From: Spirogloea muscicola
Lineage: Eukaryota
NCBI GenBank assembly: GCA_009602725.1
Contig: WELB01000024.1
Location: 441,003 to 461,002 of the forward strand
Reading direction: 5' to 3'
DNA length: 20,000 nt
Notes under the pieces: generated by a model
What the model saw: only the letters and a program-made list of their open reading frames with translations
The model's database searches: none
What the model was told of the DNA's origin: nothing
Program-made: the position numbers and the translations under genes
Shown here: positions 1-10,881 of the stretch, one piece after another
Layout: the number at the start of each line of letters is the position of its first letter
Numbering within the stretch: position 1 is the stretch's first letter

Positions 1-124
1 ATGCAGTGCGGTGCACTGGCGAAGTTGATCTTGTCGTAGCAGACGAGTCAAGTCACTAGAGATCACCGCAGCATCTGCCACTTTGCAAAACTCTCAACAT
101 ACACTGGATGACCATCTGTGCCAG

Positions 125-3100
125 ATGCTCCTCTTCGAGATTTCAAGCAGTCGCAGCAAAATCCACCTTCTCAGCTAGCAACCTGGCAAGGAACGGACCC
201 GTGTGCAAATTGCACCACCACCCCGGGCAGCTGCGCCTGGTATGGCATCACCTGCGACATCCCCTCTCACAGGGTCTCCGCATTGTGAGTGTCACCACCC
301 TAGCCTGGACCCTTCCCAAGATCAACAGGCTTTCTTACTCGCTACCTCAGCTTTTATGTTCAGCAGACTGGCACGTGACAAACACGCAGTGCGTGTGTTC
401 AGACAACTCGTCAACCTTGGCATCAACACAGCGATACCATACAACATAGGGAACCTCGTATACCTCAACACATTGTAAGTCCACGCTTCTGGCCCCTTTT
501 TCGGCGTTTGTTCCATCTTATGCTGGGCTGGCCAAGTACAGCCATCGCCCTCTACTGGAAGAGTCTGTCCCCTAAGGTGGCCATTCCAGTCTCCAGGGTG
601 TCACGTGTGCATCATGCTAGATTGAGAATAAGATTCATGCTGTTCATGCAACAGTATCGAGGCAGGGGGACATTGCATTGCCAGGCTTTTGGCTTGTGAA
701 AAGTGGTTGGTCCTTCTAAGAGTCACCATATCAAGTTTGCAGGCACCTCTACGGGAATCAGCTTGTTGGACAGATCCCATCACTTCCTCACAATCTCAAT
801 TTGCTGTATGCATATCTCCTGTCTTGACTTCTGGCAAGGGGTTCTCACAACAATGACTGCATCTGCGTAGTCATATGGTCTTAGAGGTTGTTTATGAAGA
901 GACATATTACTCCTGAACATAGAGAATATAGAGGGGAGTTTCCATGTGTTGAGTGAGGAAGTGATGATGACTGTCGTTAGTGATCGAAAAGTAGGTATCA
1001 AATCCTGCGCCAATTGGTGTTCTACGCAGTAGCATCCTCGTATTTGAATGCCGTTTCTTGGACCCTCATTCAGGAACTTGGACAACAACAGTCTGAACGG
1101 GCCAATTCCCACTTCCATTGGCAACCTGAAGAATTTGACACTGTTGTAAGCAGATTTCGCATGAGCTTCTTCTGCTGTCAAGGCAGTGACATTCGTCCAG
1201 ATTAGAGAGCTCGTATGATCAATACAATCTGCATCAATGGCTTTTGCTCCTGTGAGAGTGCCCGTACGAACACAACAATCTTGCATCCATGACCTTCCCT
1301 CCATGGCTTTCGCTCCTCCTCCTCGCTTACTTGTTTGTTGTGAGGCCGACCATGGAGCATTGTGCCTCACAAATCTTCTGGTCAATGATGCTGAAGACTG
1401 CTTCCCTTACTTGGTTCACTGACTGAACCAAACTGTTGCGACTCCTGGACCGTGCTCCAGGCATCTTGCTTACAATCTATTGACTGGGGAAATACCATCT
1501 TCAATCAATGCACTAAAGAAGCTTGTGATATTGTGAGTGGGTCTACTGAGATGCAACTCTACTGAGAATCTTAGAAAGCATCACATCTAGCCTGCCAACA
1601 CGATACTCTGCCACTTTTGTGAAGCATATGGTGGATACTGCAGGGCTGCATACACTAGTGTGCTAGTGTTGCTCCTTACTTCCTGACATTGTCAGATTAC
1701 ACAGGTCACACAGGTCGGTAACAGCTTGCAACCCCTAGCTTGAATTGTCGCGATCCTCAGCGCGATCCTCAACTGGCGCCTGTTTTTGCAGTGTTGTCAA
1801 TGATAACAAGCTGAGTGGACCTCTGCCCAGCACATTGGATCGACTCAAAGCGTTGCAGAAGCTGTACGGAGCAACTCCCTTTCTCTCAATTCTTGGTTGC
1901 AGACCTGTTTGCTGATTGCAGAGTGGCCTTTGACAGTAGTGGGCACTTGTTCCATCTTCCTCAGTGTTGTGGGTGGCAACGCTATTTCGGCGTTGTCAAG
2001 TTCCATTGGCAAGCTCCAGTTCCTAACAGTCCTGTAAGCATGCCATCAATGCTAAACCCCAAACCTCTAAACCCCGGATCCTTCAAATTCTGTAGTGACA
2101 ACAACCACTGCATCAGAAAGGAAGCATATACATGCCTATGCTATATGTACCCCCCACAAAGGCACCTCGGAGTGGAAGCTCGGACATCTTTACTCTGCCA
2201 TCTTCTCACAGGCAGACTGTGCAATAGGAAGCTTAGGCCACCATGTACTTCTACCGTGTACTTCTACCCTGTCATGCCAGTGCACCCGACCAAATCATGA
2301 GCCCTATTGCTACGTGTCACTAATGTCTCTATAGACAGCTGACATATGCCATCATTTATGTGGCAGTGACGTCTCTCGTAACAACCTGACTGAGCAGCCA
2401 TTTCCTTCTTATGTGACTGGCCTCCCAAATCTGCAGTTGCTGTATGGTCACACCCTATGTTGGACCCCGTCAAGTGCCACTCTTGCAGGCATTGGTGGCT
2501 AGGGACTGTCTGGCCGAGTGCTTGTCAACCTTGTTGTTGAGAGCAGGGCCACACTAGACATTGAGAAGCGCTGTTTCAGCAGGCCACTGAGCAGGCTGAG
2601 CGTCTCATTGCAGGATACTCAATGGCAACAAATTCAATGGAACAATACCAGCAAGTCTTGGGACAAGCCTCAAGAAATTGACTTTATTGTGAGTGGTGAC
2701 TCTTTCAAATCCAACAGAGTCACGATAGTGCTGTTGCTCGATGTCTCTTTGGTCTTCATGCCTCTGTAACTGCCGTTCCTGTACCATGGTGTCAGGGGAG
2801 TCTTGGGGGGAGCTTACCCCTCAATTCATGTAACAGCAAGCAACATAAGTTGCTCACAATGCTGAGTGTCAATCGCTGCAGGCGATTGGATGACAACCGC
2901 TTCAGTGGCAGCTTCCCCATGTCGCTCATCCCCCTGATAAACTCCACAGCTCTTAAGACACTCAGTGTGGCCTCAAATTACCTTACTGGCATGCAGCCCA
3001 ACATCACAGCCAAGGGGGTGTTCCTCAACTTCACAAAGAATTGCTTTGGTTTCACCACAGGCGGTCACATGCCTAGTGCAGGCCAGAGGGCGAATCTGGA

Positions 3101-6100
3101 ATGTCAGCTATTCTACGGTGTTCCTGTGCCACCACCACCTTCGCCGCCGCCGCCACCTCCACAATCCCCACCTCCACCACCTGGTAACTGTCCAGCATTC
3201 ACATTTGGCAGGTGTAGCCAGAGGTTCACCAGCTCTACAGACAGTTCCTGGCATTCTAATCTGGATGACACGGCGGCTCCTTCCTTTCTTGTGTCTTGGC
3301 AGCTTCGTGCACCACAGAAGGAAGTACCACAGAATGTCCCGATGCCGTAGATTTTGCCAATAATGACTGTGCTTCCGTTGTATGCAGGTGAGCAAGAATT
3401 TCTCCTCACATGTATACTACAAATAACTATGAGATATGCTTGACGTGTGCATATAATTCTAGCATGACCCAGACGGTAGCAGCTCAAAGCAGGCCCTCTT
3501 GGAATGGCTCCTTATGAAGACCTGACCTCTGTGTGCGCATGATGCTGCAGGAGTGGGATATGCGTGCATGTCTTCCAGCCTGCACAAAGTCCTTGCAGGA
3601 TATACCCCGAATATTACCCACTCATTTGGCGTGATGATCCTCAGTTCTGCCAGCAGGAGCTTTCTTGTGATGGGTACTTGACTGCCTTTTACTCGACGCG
3701 CAGACATGCAAGCAGGCTTGATAAAACTTGCTTAGCACGTGGATGTGATGAGCAACAGAAGGGCTGTGGCGATGTGCTCAGCCGTCTTGCCATGCTTGAG
3801 TACAAGAAATGAGTGATCCATTTGACAAACCACTTATGCACGTCGTGGAACAAGGATGCCGTGTCAAAAGGTTGGCCGCAAGCTTGCAGAATGGACCAGT
3901 GTTTTCACTGAGTTGCTAGGTGTTCTCTGAGGTGAAGTCGACTTCCGCTTCATAGGAGTGGATGAAAGGTATTGACAGGTTCATCCGTCTGCTGCAGGAA
4001 GGGGAGTTGCGTGATACAGCAAGCAATCGATGGTGCCCTCTGTTCTGGAGCTTTTGACCAATGCCAAGATCATCTGTGCAGGTTGTTCATTGCAAATGCA
4101 GCAACTCATCCCACTGCGACATTGATGTCATGTTGCAGTACCTTGCCATGTCCCTTTGCAAGTCACATGTGACTTGCCTAGCCATGTGTACGAGTCTAGA
4201 CTGACCATCACTCATTAACGTGGCAGCCTGACCATGCAGAGATGTGCTTGTCCATGTAACTTCACTTCTGTTTGTCTGCAGGAATGGCACTTGCACAGCC
4301 TTTCCGCATCCTGGAAGACCGTGCAAGAATGCTTTCACATGGGATAATCCCCCAGTGAATCCTCAGTGGAATTCTGGTTGCTACCATCTTACTTGCAACA
4401 GGTAAATATAGATGCTATTACCAAGCATGAGCTTGTAGTGTGCTTCGACACTCCCCTCATCTCATCACCAGCACACATCCAATGCCATGTCGTGGCGTAG
4501 GTCTCAAAGCTCTGTGTAGGTCAGATCCTGGATGCTTCTATAACTTCATGCAAGTACTTTCAACAGGGTAAACTCAATTTCGACTGTTCTGTTACTTCTG
4601 TCATGCTGCTTCGTGCGGAGGTGTGCAGCAGAGTGCTTACTGATGATCACTCTTGCTCTCTTTGCTCAGCACTGGGGGCTGCTATACTGTTGTCTTTGCA
4701 AACAACAAGACCTTGTGCAACTCTACCTCTCTGCCAAACTGCAAGACAAACTACTGCAGGTGCTGCTCCACTCCCTTCCTTTCATGTCATTTGCTTTCTT
4801 GCTCCTATCCTTGATATCGATTGCCGGCAAGTATTCGGGCATCAGATAGCGACCTCTGTGCTGACTCGTGGTTACTGAGCGGGTCAGCTTAGCAGCAGGT
4901 GATGTACATATGTCAATGTGCTTGCCTTTGTACGTGGCCACACGGGCCCTCCATCACTTACTATACACTCCACTCCTTGAGGGGCTAGTAGAATTACGCT
5001 ACATGAGAATAGCAATCTGGTCCCATAGGCAAAGACAGGAATTGAGTTAGCTCTGGAAAACGATATCACATTGCAGTGGGAATGGCTTCTGTGGTACTCA
5101 AGTATGGACCAGCCCAGACAACACGTCGTGCTCAAGCCAGTGCATGGAGAAAGTTTGCAAGTTAGTGAGAGCGCCTCCACTACTCTTGTTCAAATTGTCA
5201 AATTGCAAAGTACTGGATGCAGAGGCTTCGTATGTTAGATGACATTTGTATACATCTCCAGCCATACATTTCAGGATTTTGCTGAAAGCAAATGGCAGTC
5301 TCTCTGCTCAACCTTAAGTCAATCCTCGACTCTGAAAATCGTCTTACAGGAAAGGAGTCTGCACATCAGTCAAGAACAAGCCAGACCATATTCTCTGCGA
5401 CAAATTTGATAGCGGAGCCCCACCTGTTGCAGACCCCAACCATCCAGGCTATGATTACAACACAGAGCCACCACCAGTTTATGACTACTACGATCATGAC
5501 CACGAGTGTGTCTCACTGGGATGCTAGTAAGTTCTTCAATACTACAAGCAGTCCACTAACAGGGAGGGCATGGCTTCCACTCTTGGGCTAATAAAAGCTG
5601 TGGTGAATTCTGCTTTTGATTCTCTTCAGAGCCAGGAAATACACCACTTTCACGTGCATCAGGATGGCTACAATGCCGTGTGACAGAGAAGCATACTATG
5701 GCCATGCTTTTGCCCTCCACACAGACTGCACATGCAAGGCTTCAATGGAGTAGCAAGTGCAACTGGAAGTTGCTCCTATCCAAGTATTTCCAAAGACCTC
5801 ACGAGATTATTGCAAATGTAATGTGGTGCAGTCAGGGCTACTGTGTGGGGCGAGGTTACCTGCCAAAGGGCACAACATGTGGCGACAGATATGAATGTGG
5901 AGAGAATCGTGCTGGCATGTGTTGCACTCGTTGTGACGGCCAAGGTCACTGCTCCTATGAAGGGAGTGCTGGAAATTACTGCTCTTTCTGTGGTTCCGAA
6001 GGATATTATGCATGTGATCCAAACGGAATTTGTGAGTCCAACACTTATGGTTGTGGCTGTAGTGCAAGTGGCTACTGTCAGGAACTGACCTCCTTGCCTC

Positions 6101-6147
6101 AGTCTCCCAACAGTTACCAATATAGTGGTAGTTCGCTTCCTAGCTAG
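125..6147 (+). CDS. Multi-exon LRR protein: LRRNT_2 cap, about 9 plant-type LRRs, poly-Pro linker and Cys-rich repeat tail; 5' end probably at or beyond the window start
   Basis: Hand-spliced GT-AG exons in consistent phase: 125-284 (..LATWQGTDPC..CAWYGITCD..RVSAL), 403-474, 743-805, 1074-1145 (NLDNNSLNGPIPTSIGNLKNLTLL), 1461-1532, 1792-1863, 1965-2033, 2614-2688, 2882-3183 (two LRRs + PPPPSPPPPPPQSPPPPP), 3303-3387, 3551-3673, 3998-4081, 4282-4401, 5350-5526, 5832-6147 (stop TAG). About 620 codons with no internal stop. The single-LRR exons are 63-75 nt, phase 2-2. Confidence 0.88.
484..543 (+). mobile_element. Degenerate relic of the family-B retroelement 3' UTR in an LRR-gene intron
   Basis: cgcttctggccccttttt..tttgttcc..tgggctggc resembles 6823-6874 (cgctttccctggcccctttctc..tttgttc..tgggctggc). 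Confidence 0.45.
4815..4968 (+). mobile_element. Family-D RLE retroelement 3' fragment in an LRR-gene intron
   Basis: Encodes ..VLTRGY* (stop at 4878) followed by gcgggtcagcttagcagcaggtga..gtcaatgtgcttgcctttgtac, nearly identical to about 8709-8862. Confidence 0.8.
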
Positions 6148-6756
6148 TTGTGCCACCTGTAGGGCTATGTTGTATACTGCCAAACAGATGCTGTATTCAA
6201 AGCCCGCAGTGCCCAGTACCAAGAAGACCTCATTGAGGTCTTTGGTTGGACAACATAGGCCTAAGACTACAGAAAACAAGCAAACAAGCTTGGAGCAATT
6301 GCTTCACTGTTGCGGCAAATGCTCTTGCAACAAGAACCGTAGCATAAGCGCGAGCAGCTTTGCGTTAGTGCCGAAGTCTGTCATTGCTGCACCCAGAAAT
6401 GATACTGCATTTCTGGGCTAGGGAAGGTCTACCTGCCTATTCACAGGTGAATGCAATATCTACCACGTGACTGGACTGAAGAGTCTGGAACTTTTTCGGC
6501 ACAGCATGGACCACCTGAGCAGAGGCTCCATAAGTGTGAGCACTGCCTAAGCAGAGCAGCGCCGCTGCTGATACAAGCAAACAATCTTATCAAAGCAGCA
6601 TTGGTGTTCAGCCATGTCACATTCCGACCGGTTGCTTACGCCAAACGATGCTGGTAACGGTACATGCCAGTGTATGTAGCTGTCGGCAAGTTCACGAGAG
6701 TGAAAAAGGTACCAAAGCCGCTAGCCGCTTGACGGGGAAGAAGCCCGCCCAGGCGT

Positions 6757-6809
6757 GGGCGGTTTTACAGCCCCCTCTGCTAATATTTTTGATATCAGCA
6801 GCCGCATTC
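6757..6809 (+). mobile_element. Family-A 3'-terminal relic
   Basis: ggcggttttacagcc..atttttgatatcagcagccgc matches the 3' end of the long element (ggcagtttacagccgattttttcatatcagcagccgc, about 16239-16275). Confidence 0.65.
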
Positions 6810-6819
6810 CTTTCCAATC

Positions 6820-6912
6820 TTAGCGCTTTCCCTGGCCCCTTTCTCGTACTTTGTTCATTCGTTTTTGGGCTGGCTTTTCTAGCCCCTATCCTCAATGGGC
6901 GAGCACTTTCTT
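6820..6912 (+). mobile_element. 93-bp 5'-truncated family-B insertion (3' UTR only) with 10-bp TSD
   Basis: Contains GGGCTGGCTTTTCTAGCCCCTATCCTCAATGGGCGAGCACTTTCTT and is flanked by CTTTCCAATC at 6810-6819 and 6913-6922. Confidence 0.85.
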
Positions 6913-7423
6913 CTTTCCAATCATATTCCTCGCCAGGCCCGCCCGTGCCACAACCCCCCGGGAGGTGTGGTGGCACGGGAGAAGCATTACAAGTCGTTGG
7001 CCGAGACCCGGCCTGGGATTTCGGACGGGTGAAGGCCGAGAGCAACCTTGCCTGCAGCCTGCCTGCCGCAGTCGCCGCCGCAGCTTGCTGCGGGCCTGCT
7101 GCGGAGGGTCCGTGGCGCTTTCCCTCGGGGACAGCTTGCCGGCTTGTGCCCAAGAGGTGGATTCGCGGCCTGCAGCGGCGCCACAGGGCCAGTCTTACGC
7201 TACACAGATGTGCGCGTGCTTCGCGGTGTAGATGGTTGGCTCCCAAACCCCTACAGCTGAACCCAACATGGACAAGAACCCAACAAGGGCAACTCACCTG
7301 ATTGCGTGTAGGGGCAGGTTGTTACAGGCCAAGTAAGATACATCGGTTGCCAGGGGTGAACAATGGCATATTGCAGTGATTAGCACACTCACCTGTAGAG
7401 TGTCGAATGAGGTGTTTATGCAG

Positions 7424-8000
7424 TGTAACGATGTTCGCATGTCCAGAATAGTCAGTGCCGCAGGGAAAGCTTGACAGATGCCTGGAAACTAGACACCTCA
7501 TCCGGCTGACAATAAATTGACTGTCAGTGCCGCAGGAAACTGGTGCTGGCGCTGGTACGGCGACGGGAGGCAGCAGCTGTGCAGACTACCTTGACGGCAT
7601 CGCTAGCGGTCGTTGATGTTGACGTGGACCACGCGGACAACTACCGCCACACCGACGATGTCAATGCCCCGTCAACAGCTACTGATAGTCTTCTGTCCAC
7701 ATCAACATTGACGACCGCTTATGACGCCGTCAAGGTAGTCTACACCGCTGCCGCCTCCTATCGCCGTACCAGCGCCAGCACCAGGCTGTCTCACGCGGCA
7801 CGACTCCGGTTGGCGCCGCTCTCAGCTCGAGGAAGAGATTAATTCCCTCAGTCGTCAGCCTGGTGAAGAATCCCGTCTCCAGGCATATGTCAAGCCTCTC
7901 CTGCGGCACTGACAGCCTAGTCATTGTCAGCCAAATGAGGTGTCTAGTCTCCAGGTACTTCGTGCGGCACTGACATTCCAGTGATGGATATATCGTTACA
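7424..8000. mobile_element. 577-bp non-autonomous element with TGTAACG...CGTTACA termini and imperfect TIRs of about 120 bp (Ginger-like MITE or unusual solo LTR)
   Basis: Left arm tgtaacgat..gtcagtgccgcagg..cctggaaactagacacctcatccggctgacaat is the reverse complement of right arm attgtcagccaaatgaggtgtctagtctccagg..tgcggcactgac..atcgttaca. Flanks TGCAG/TCCAG fit a 5-bp TSD with one mismatch. Confidence 0.75.
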
Positions 8001-8456
8001 TCCAGGGTGGATAGAGAAGCAGCGTGGCTTGATTAGACACCACATACACCAAGCAAAGTCACACTTCAATCCAACGTGTTGTTTTTCCATCTAATTATGG
8101 GCTCAGGAGACTGCTGATCTGCCCAAGCTAGATTGTCCAGTTCGACGCACGGTCTGTCGCCAGGTAGACCCTGCTGATTTGATGGCGGCAGATGTGCAGC
8201 AGATGTAGAACAACATTCTAATGAGCAGCTTTGGAGGCTACTTTTAACAGTACCAAAGAATATCTGGGCTTGCAGGTGGACACTCACCTTGCCCAACCTC
8301 TTTCTCACGGCCCCTCCCAGATCAGATCCTCCTCTCTTTCAGGTAGTCTTCACGCTTCAGCCTGTCTGTGCGGGCAAGTCATCCGGCCCTGTTCAGGCAA
8401 GCCTGATTCCAGCTGAAAAAGAGTCACAATGGCGAAAGCAGCAGCAGCCCGAAACA

Positions 8457-8512
8457 AGAAAGAAAAGAAAGCGCGGCCAGATTGACTGATAGCTGTGAAA
8501 GGCCAGCCCAAA
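8457..8512 (-). mobile_element. Family-C 3'-terminal double-hairpin relic
   Basis: Reverse complement reads gggctggcctttcacagctatcagtcaatctggccgcgctttcttttctttct, matching 11658-11704. Confidence 0.75.
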
Positions 8513-8519
8513 CAGCAGA

Positions 8520-8868
8520 GTAGCCTGGGACAGCATCTGCTCGCTGTCTGGGATATGCACGACGCGAGGCTATGCTTCCAGCCCAGATGGGTATGCCCGG
8601 CAGCCTATCATTTTTGCGACGTCGAGTGTCAGCTTGTCTGCAGCGAGCTCAGGCTCATGCGTTGCATCAGAAAGCTGGTCGAGCCTTGGCTGGTAATTCA
8701 AGAGCTTGTCGATTGCCGTCCGGTATTCGAGCATCAGTTAGCGACCTCTATGTGCTGACTCATGGTTACTGAGCGGGTCAGCTTAGCAGCAGGTGACGTA
8801 CATTTGTCAATGTGCTTGCCTTTGTACTTGGCCACACATGGCCTCCCCATCTCTTAATACACACGTTT
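8520..8868 (+). mobile_element. Family-D RLE retroelement 3' fragment
   Basis: Encodes ..FLRRRVSACLQRAQAHALHQKAGRALA..SVSDLYVLTHGY* (stop at 8772), homologous to the C-terminus of the 923-aa ORF; its 3' UTR is shared with 4879-4968 and partly with 16459-16516. Confidence 0.8.
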
Positions 8869-8883
8869 TCGCTCGCTGCAGGG

Positions 8884-9210
8884 AAAGAAAGAGCTCGCCC
8901 AAAGAGAGAAGGCGCGCGGGGCGCATGAATTGAAAGGGAGGCCAATTCAAGCCAATACATTGTTCAGGCAGAGTCGAGTGCAGACTAAACAATGCTACAT
9001 AATACGGAGACCTAATCTAAGGTACCTAAGATGACATTAGTACCCACGGGTGAGCACAAACAAATCTGACAAGCTAACTTGGGGAGCTGGAGCGCCGCCA
9101 CGAAAGCCGGAGGCCTGACTTAGAGCGCGCCCTGCACGTTGATGAAGAGCCAATGCTTGCGAGCGCTGCAAACTAAGCGAGAGCCGCATTCTATAATGCC
9201 CAAAGGGATG
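8884..9210 (-). mobile_element. Family-E RLE retroelement 3' fragment, tail-to-tail with the family-D copy
   Basis: Minus strand encodes HYRMRLSLSLQRSQALALHQRAGRALSQASGFRGG..SLSDLFVLTRGY* (stop at 9037). The 3' UTR gactctgcctgaacaatgt..catgcgcccc..cgcgccttct recurs at 11834-11908 (+). Confidence 0.8.
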
Positions 9211-9701
9211 GACAAAGTCTGAAGGAGACGGATGGTGCAGAAGGCAAGGTACAAAGCGGAAGTGCGGCCTGCAAGGAGTTTTTGGGCTGGCATTTTCTAG
9301 GGCGTTAGGAGTCTGTGACCGGCTTGCCTCGGTAAGTCTCCGCTGATTTCCTCGTAGCATCTTCAGGCCCCTTCGTAGCTGCTTAGCGGTTTAGGCCCCT
9401 CGGTCAACCTTGTTTTCCCCCAGTCATTTGCGAACTTCGAACCTTTCACTTCTTTTCGGGCTGGCTTTTTACAGTCCTTGCCCGTCGATGTCGACGTACA
9501 CGGCGCCTTTGGCACCAAATGGCTTGACCTGCTTCACCACCTTGCGCAGCGAGCAGCGGCCCGTCGCCACGGGCAGCAGGGCGAGCAGCCTGGCTTCAAT
9601 GTCGCCGGGTCCCTCGCTCAAGTCTTCCGGATGCGCTTGGCCATCTCTTTGCAGCGGTCCCTTGCCTTCGCGGTTCACTTGCGCGCAGGCCGCGCTTTGG
9701 C

Positions 9702-10301
9702 ACACAATGAAACAAAGCAGCTACGAATCACTCAGTAACCCCTGCTAAGCAGCCGCAGATCAGAGACGCTAGGCTCCTGGAAGTGGTTCCTCTGGCCAGA
9801 GCCAGAGACAGCAGCGAGGGCTCTGCCAGCACGAAGGTGCAGCGCGCGGGCCATAGACCTCTGCAGCGAGACGGCCAGGCGCATACGATACACTTGTGCC
9901 AGCGACCCGGCTGCAGGAAAGTCTACCGGCTCCCCATGGTAGCGACGAGCGATGGTGTGGCGGGCGAGCTGGGTGAGCAGCTCGAGCCACCGAGCGCCCA
10001 GCGCCCCATGGGTGTCATTTGCCAACGGGATGATTTCGTCTTCCCGCGGATGGTCGGCGTACTTGAGCTCTTTAGCCCGAGCGGCGTAGGCGACCGCATA
10101 CCCAACTTGGTGGCACATAGGGCTGGGTGTAAACGGTCGTATTCGTCGGTGGTCACCACGTCCAGGAGAAGACGTGGCCCGCCGGCCTCTGGGGTGGCCA
10201 CCAGGTCTACGCGACGGGCGTGGAGACCGTCGGCCCATGTTCATTCTTTATTGGGGCTGGCTTTTCCAGCCTCTATCCTCAATGGGCGAGCACTATCTTC
10301 T
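9702..10301. mobile_element. Family-B insertion with 5' inversion: antisense RLE-to-3'UTR segment (9702-10236) joined to a sense 3' terminus (10238-10301)
   Basis: Minus strand encodes RRVDLVATPEAGGPRLLLDVVTTD..[frameshift]..AKELKYADHP..IIPLANDTHG..DLRLLSRGY*. The plus-strand hairpin terminus follows. TTTGGC is duplicated at 9696-9701 and 10302-10307. Confidence 0.8.
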
Positions 10302-10350
10302 TTTGGCGGCGGCCTCCGGCTTCCATCAGGGCGATTTCTGCGAGCTGTTC

Positions 10351-10881
10351 GGGGCGCTGGGCGCTGGGCGCTCGATGCCTCGAGCTGCTCACCCAGCTCG
10401 CCCGCCACACCATCGCCCGTCGCTTCCATCGGGAGCCGGTAGACTTTCCTGCAGCCGGGTCGCTGGCGCAAGTGTATCGTATGCGCCTGGCCGTCTCGCT
10501 GCAGAGGTCTATGGCCCACGCGCTGCACCTCCGTGCTGGCAGAAAGTGCTCGCCCATTGAGAATAAGGGCTGGAAAAGCCAGCCCAAAAAAGAATCAACA
10601 AAGGACGAGACGGGGGCCAGGGGAAGCGCTTAGAAAAACAAGCACACAAAGAAACAAAGCAGAGCCCTCGCTGCTGCCTCTGGCTTTGGCCAGGGGACCC
10701 ACTTCCAGCGTCTCTGATCTGCGGCTGCTTAGCAGGGGTTACTGAGTAATTCGCAGCTGCTTTGTTTCGTTGTGTGCTTGTTTTCCTTAGCGCTTCCCCT
10801 GGCCCCCTTCTCCTGTTCTGTTCATTCTTTTGTGGGCTGGCTTTTCCAGCCCCTATCCTCAATGGGCAAGCACTATCTTCT
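10351..10881 (+). mobile_element. Family-B 5'-truncated copy (ORF tail plus full 3' UTR), itself interrupted at 10544-10658
   Basis: GALGARCLELLTQLARH..ALHLRAGR resumes after the interruption as ALAAASGFGQ..SVSDLRLLSRGY* (stop at 10745), followed by the 3' UTR and hairpin terminus at 10834-10881. Confidence 0.8.
10544..10658 (-). mobile_element. 115-bp family-B 3' UTR inserted antisense into another family-B copy
   Basis: Inverted copy of about 10761-10874; GCAGA is duplicated at 10539-10543 and 10659-10663. Confidence 0.8.

Noticed and set aside
1..51. Possible upstream exon of the LRR gene (..AVRCTGEVDLVVADES)
   Set aside because: The phase is compatible, but the donor (gtcact) is weak and the exon is cut by the window edge, so it was not included in the model.
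780..1385. 201-aa minus-strand ORF and other ORF-track calls across the LRR gene
   Set aside because: They are antisense to or span introns of the spliced gene and show no recognisable motifs.
6648..7301. Overlapping 217-aa (+) and 201-aa (-) ORFs
   Set aside because: They run through retroelement termini and GC-rich low-stop sequence, with no domain signal.
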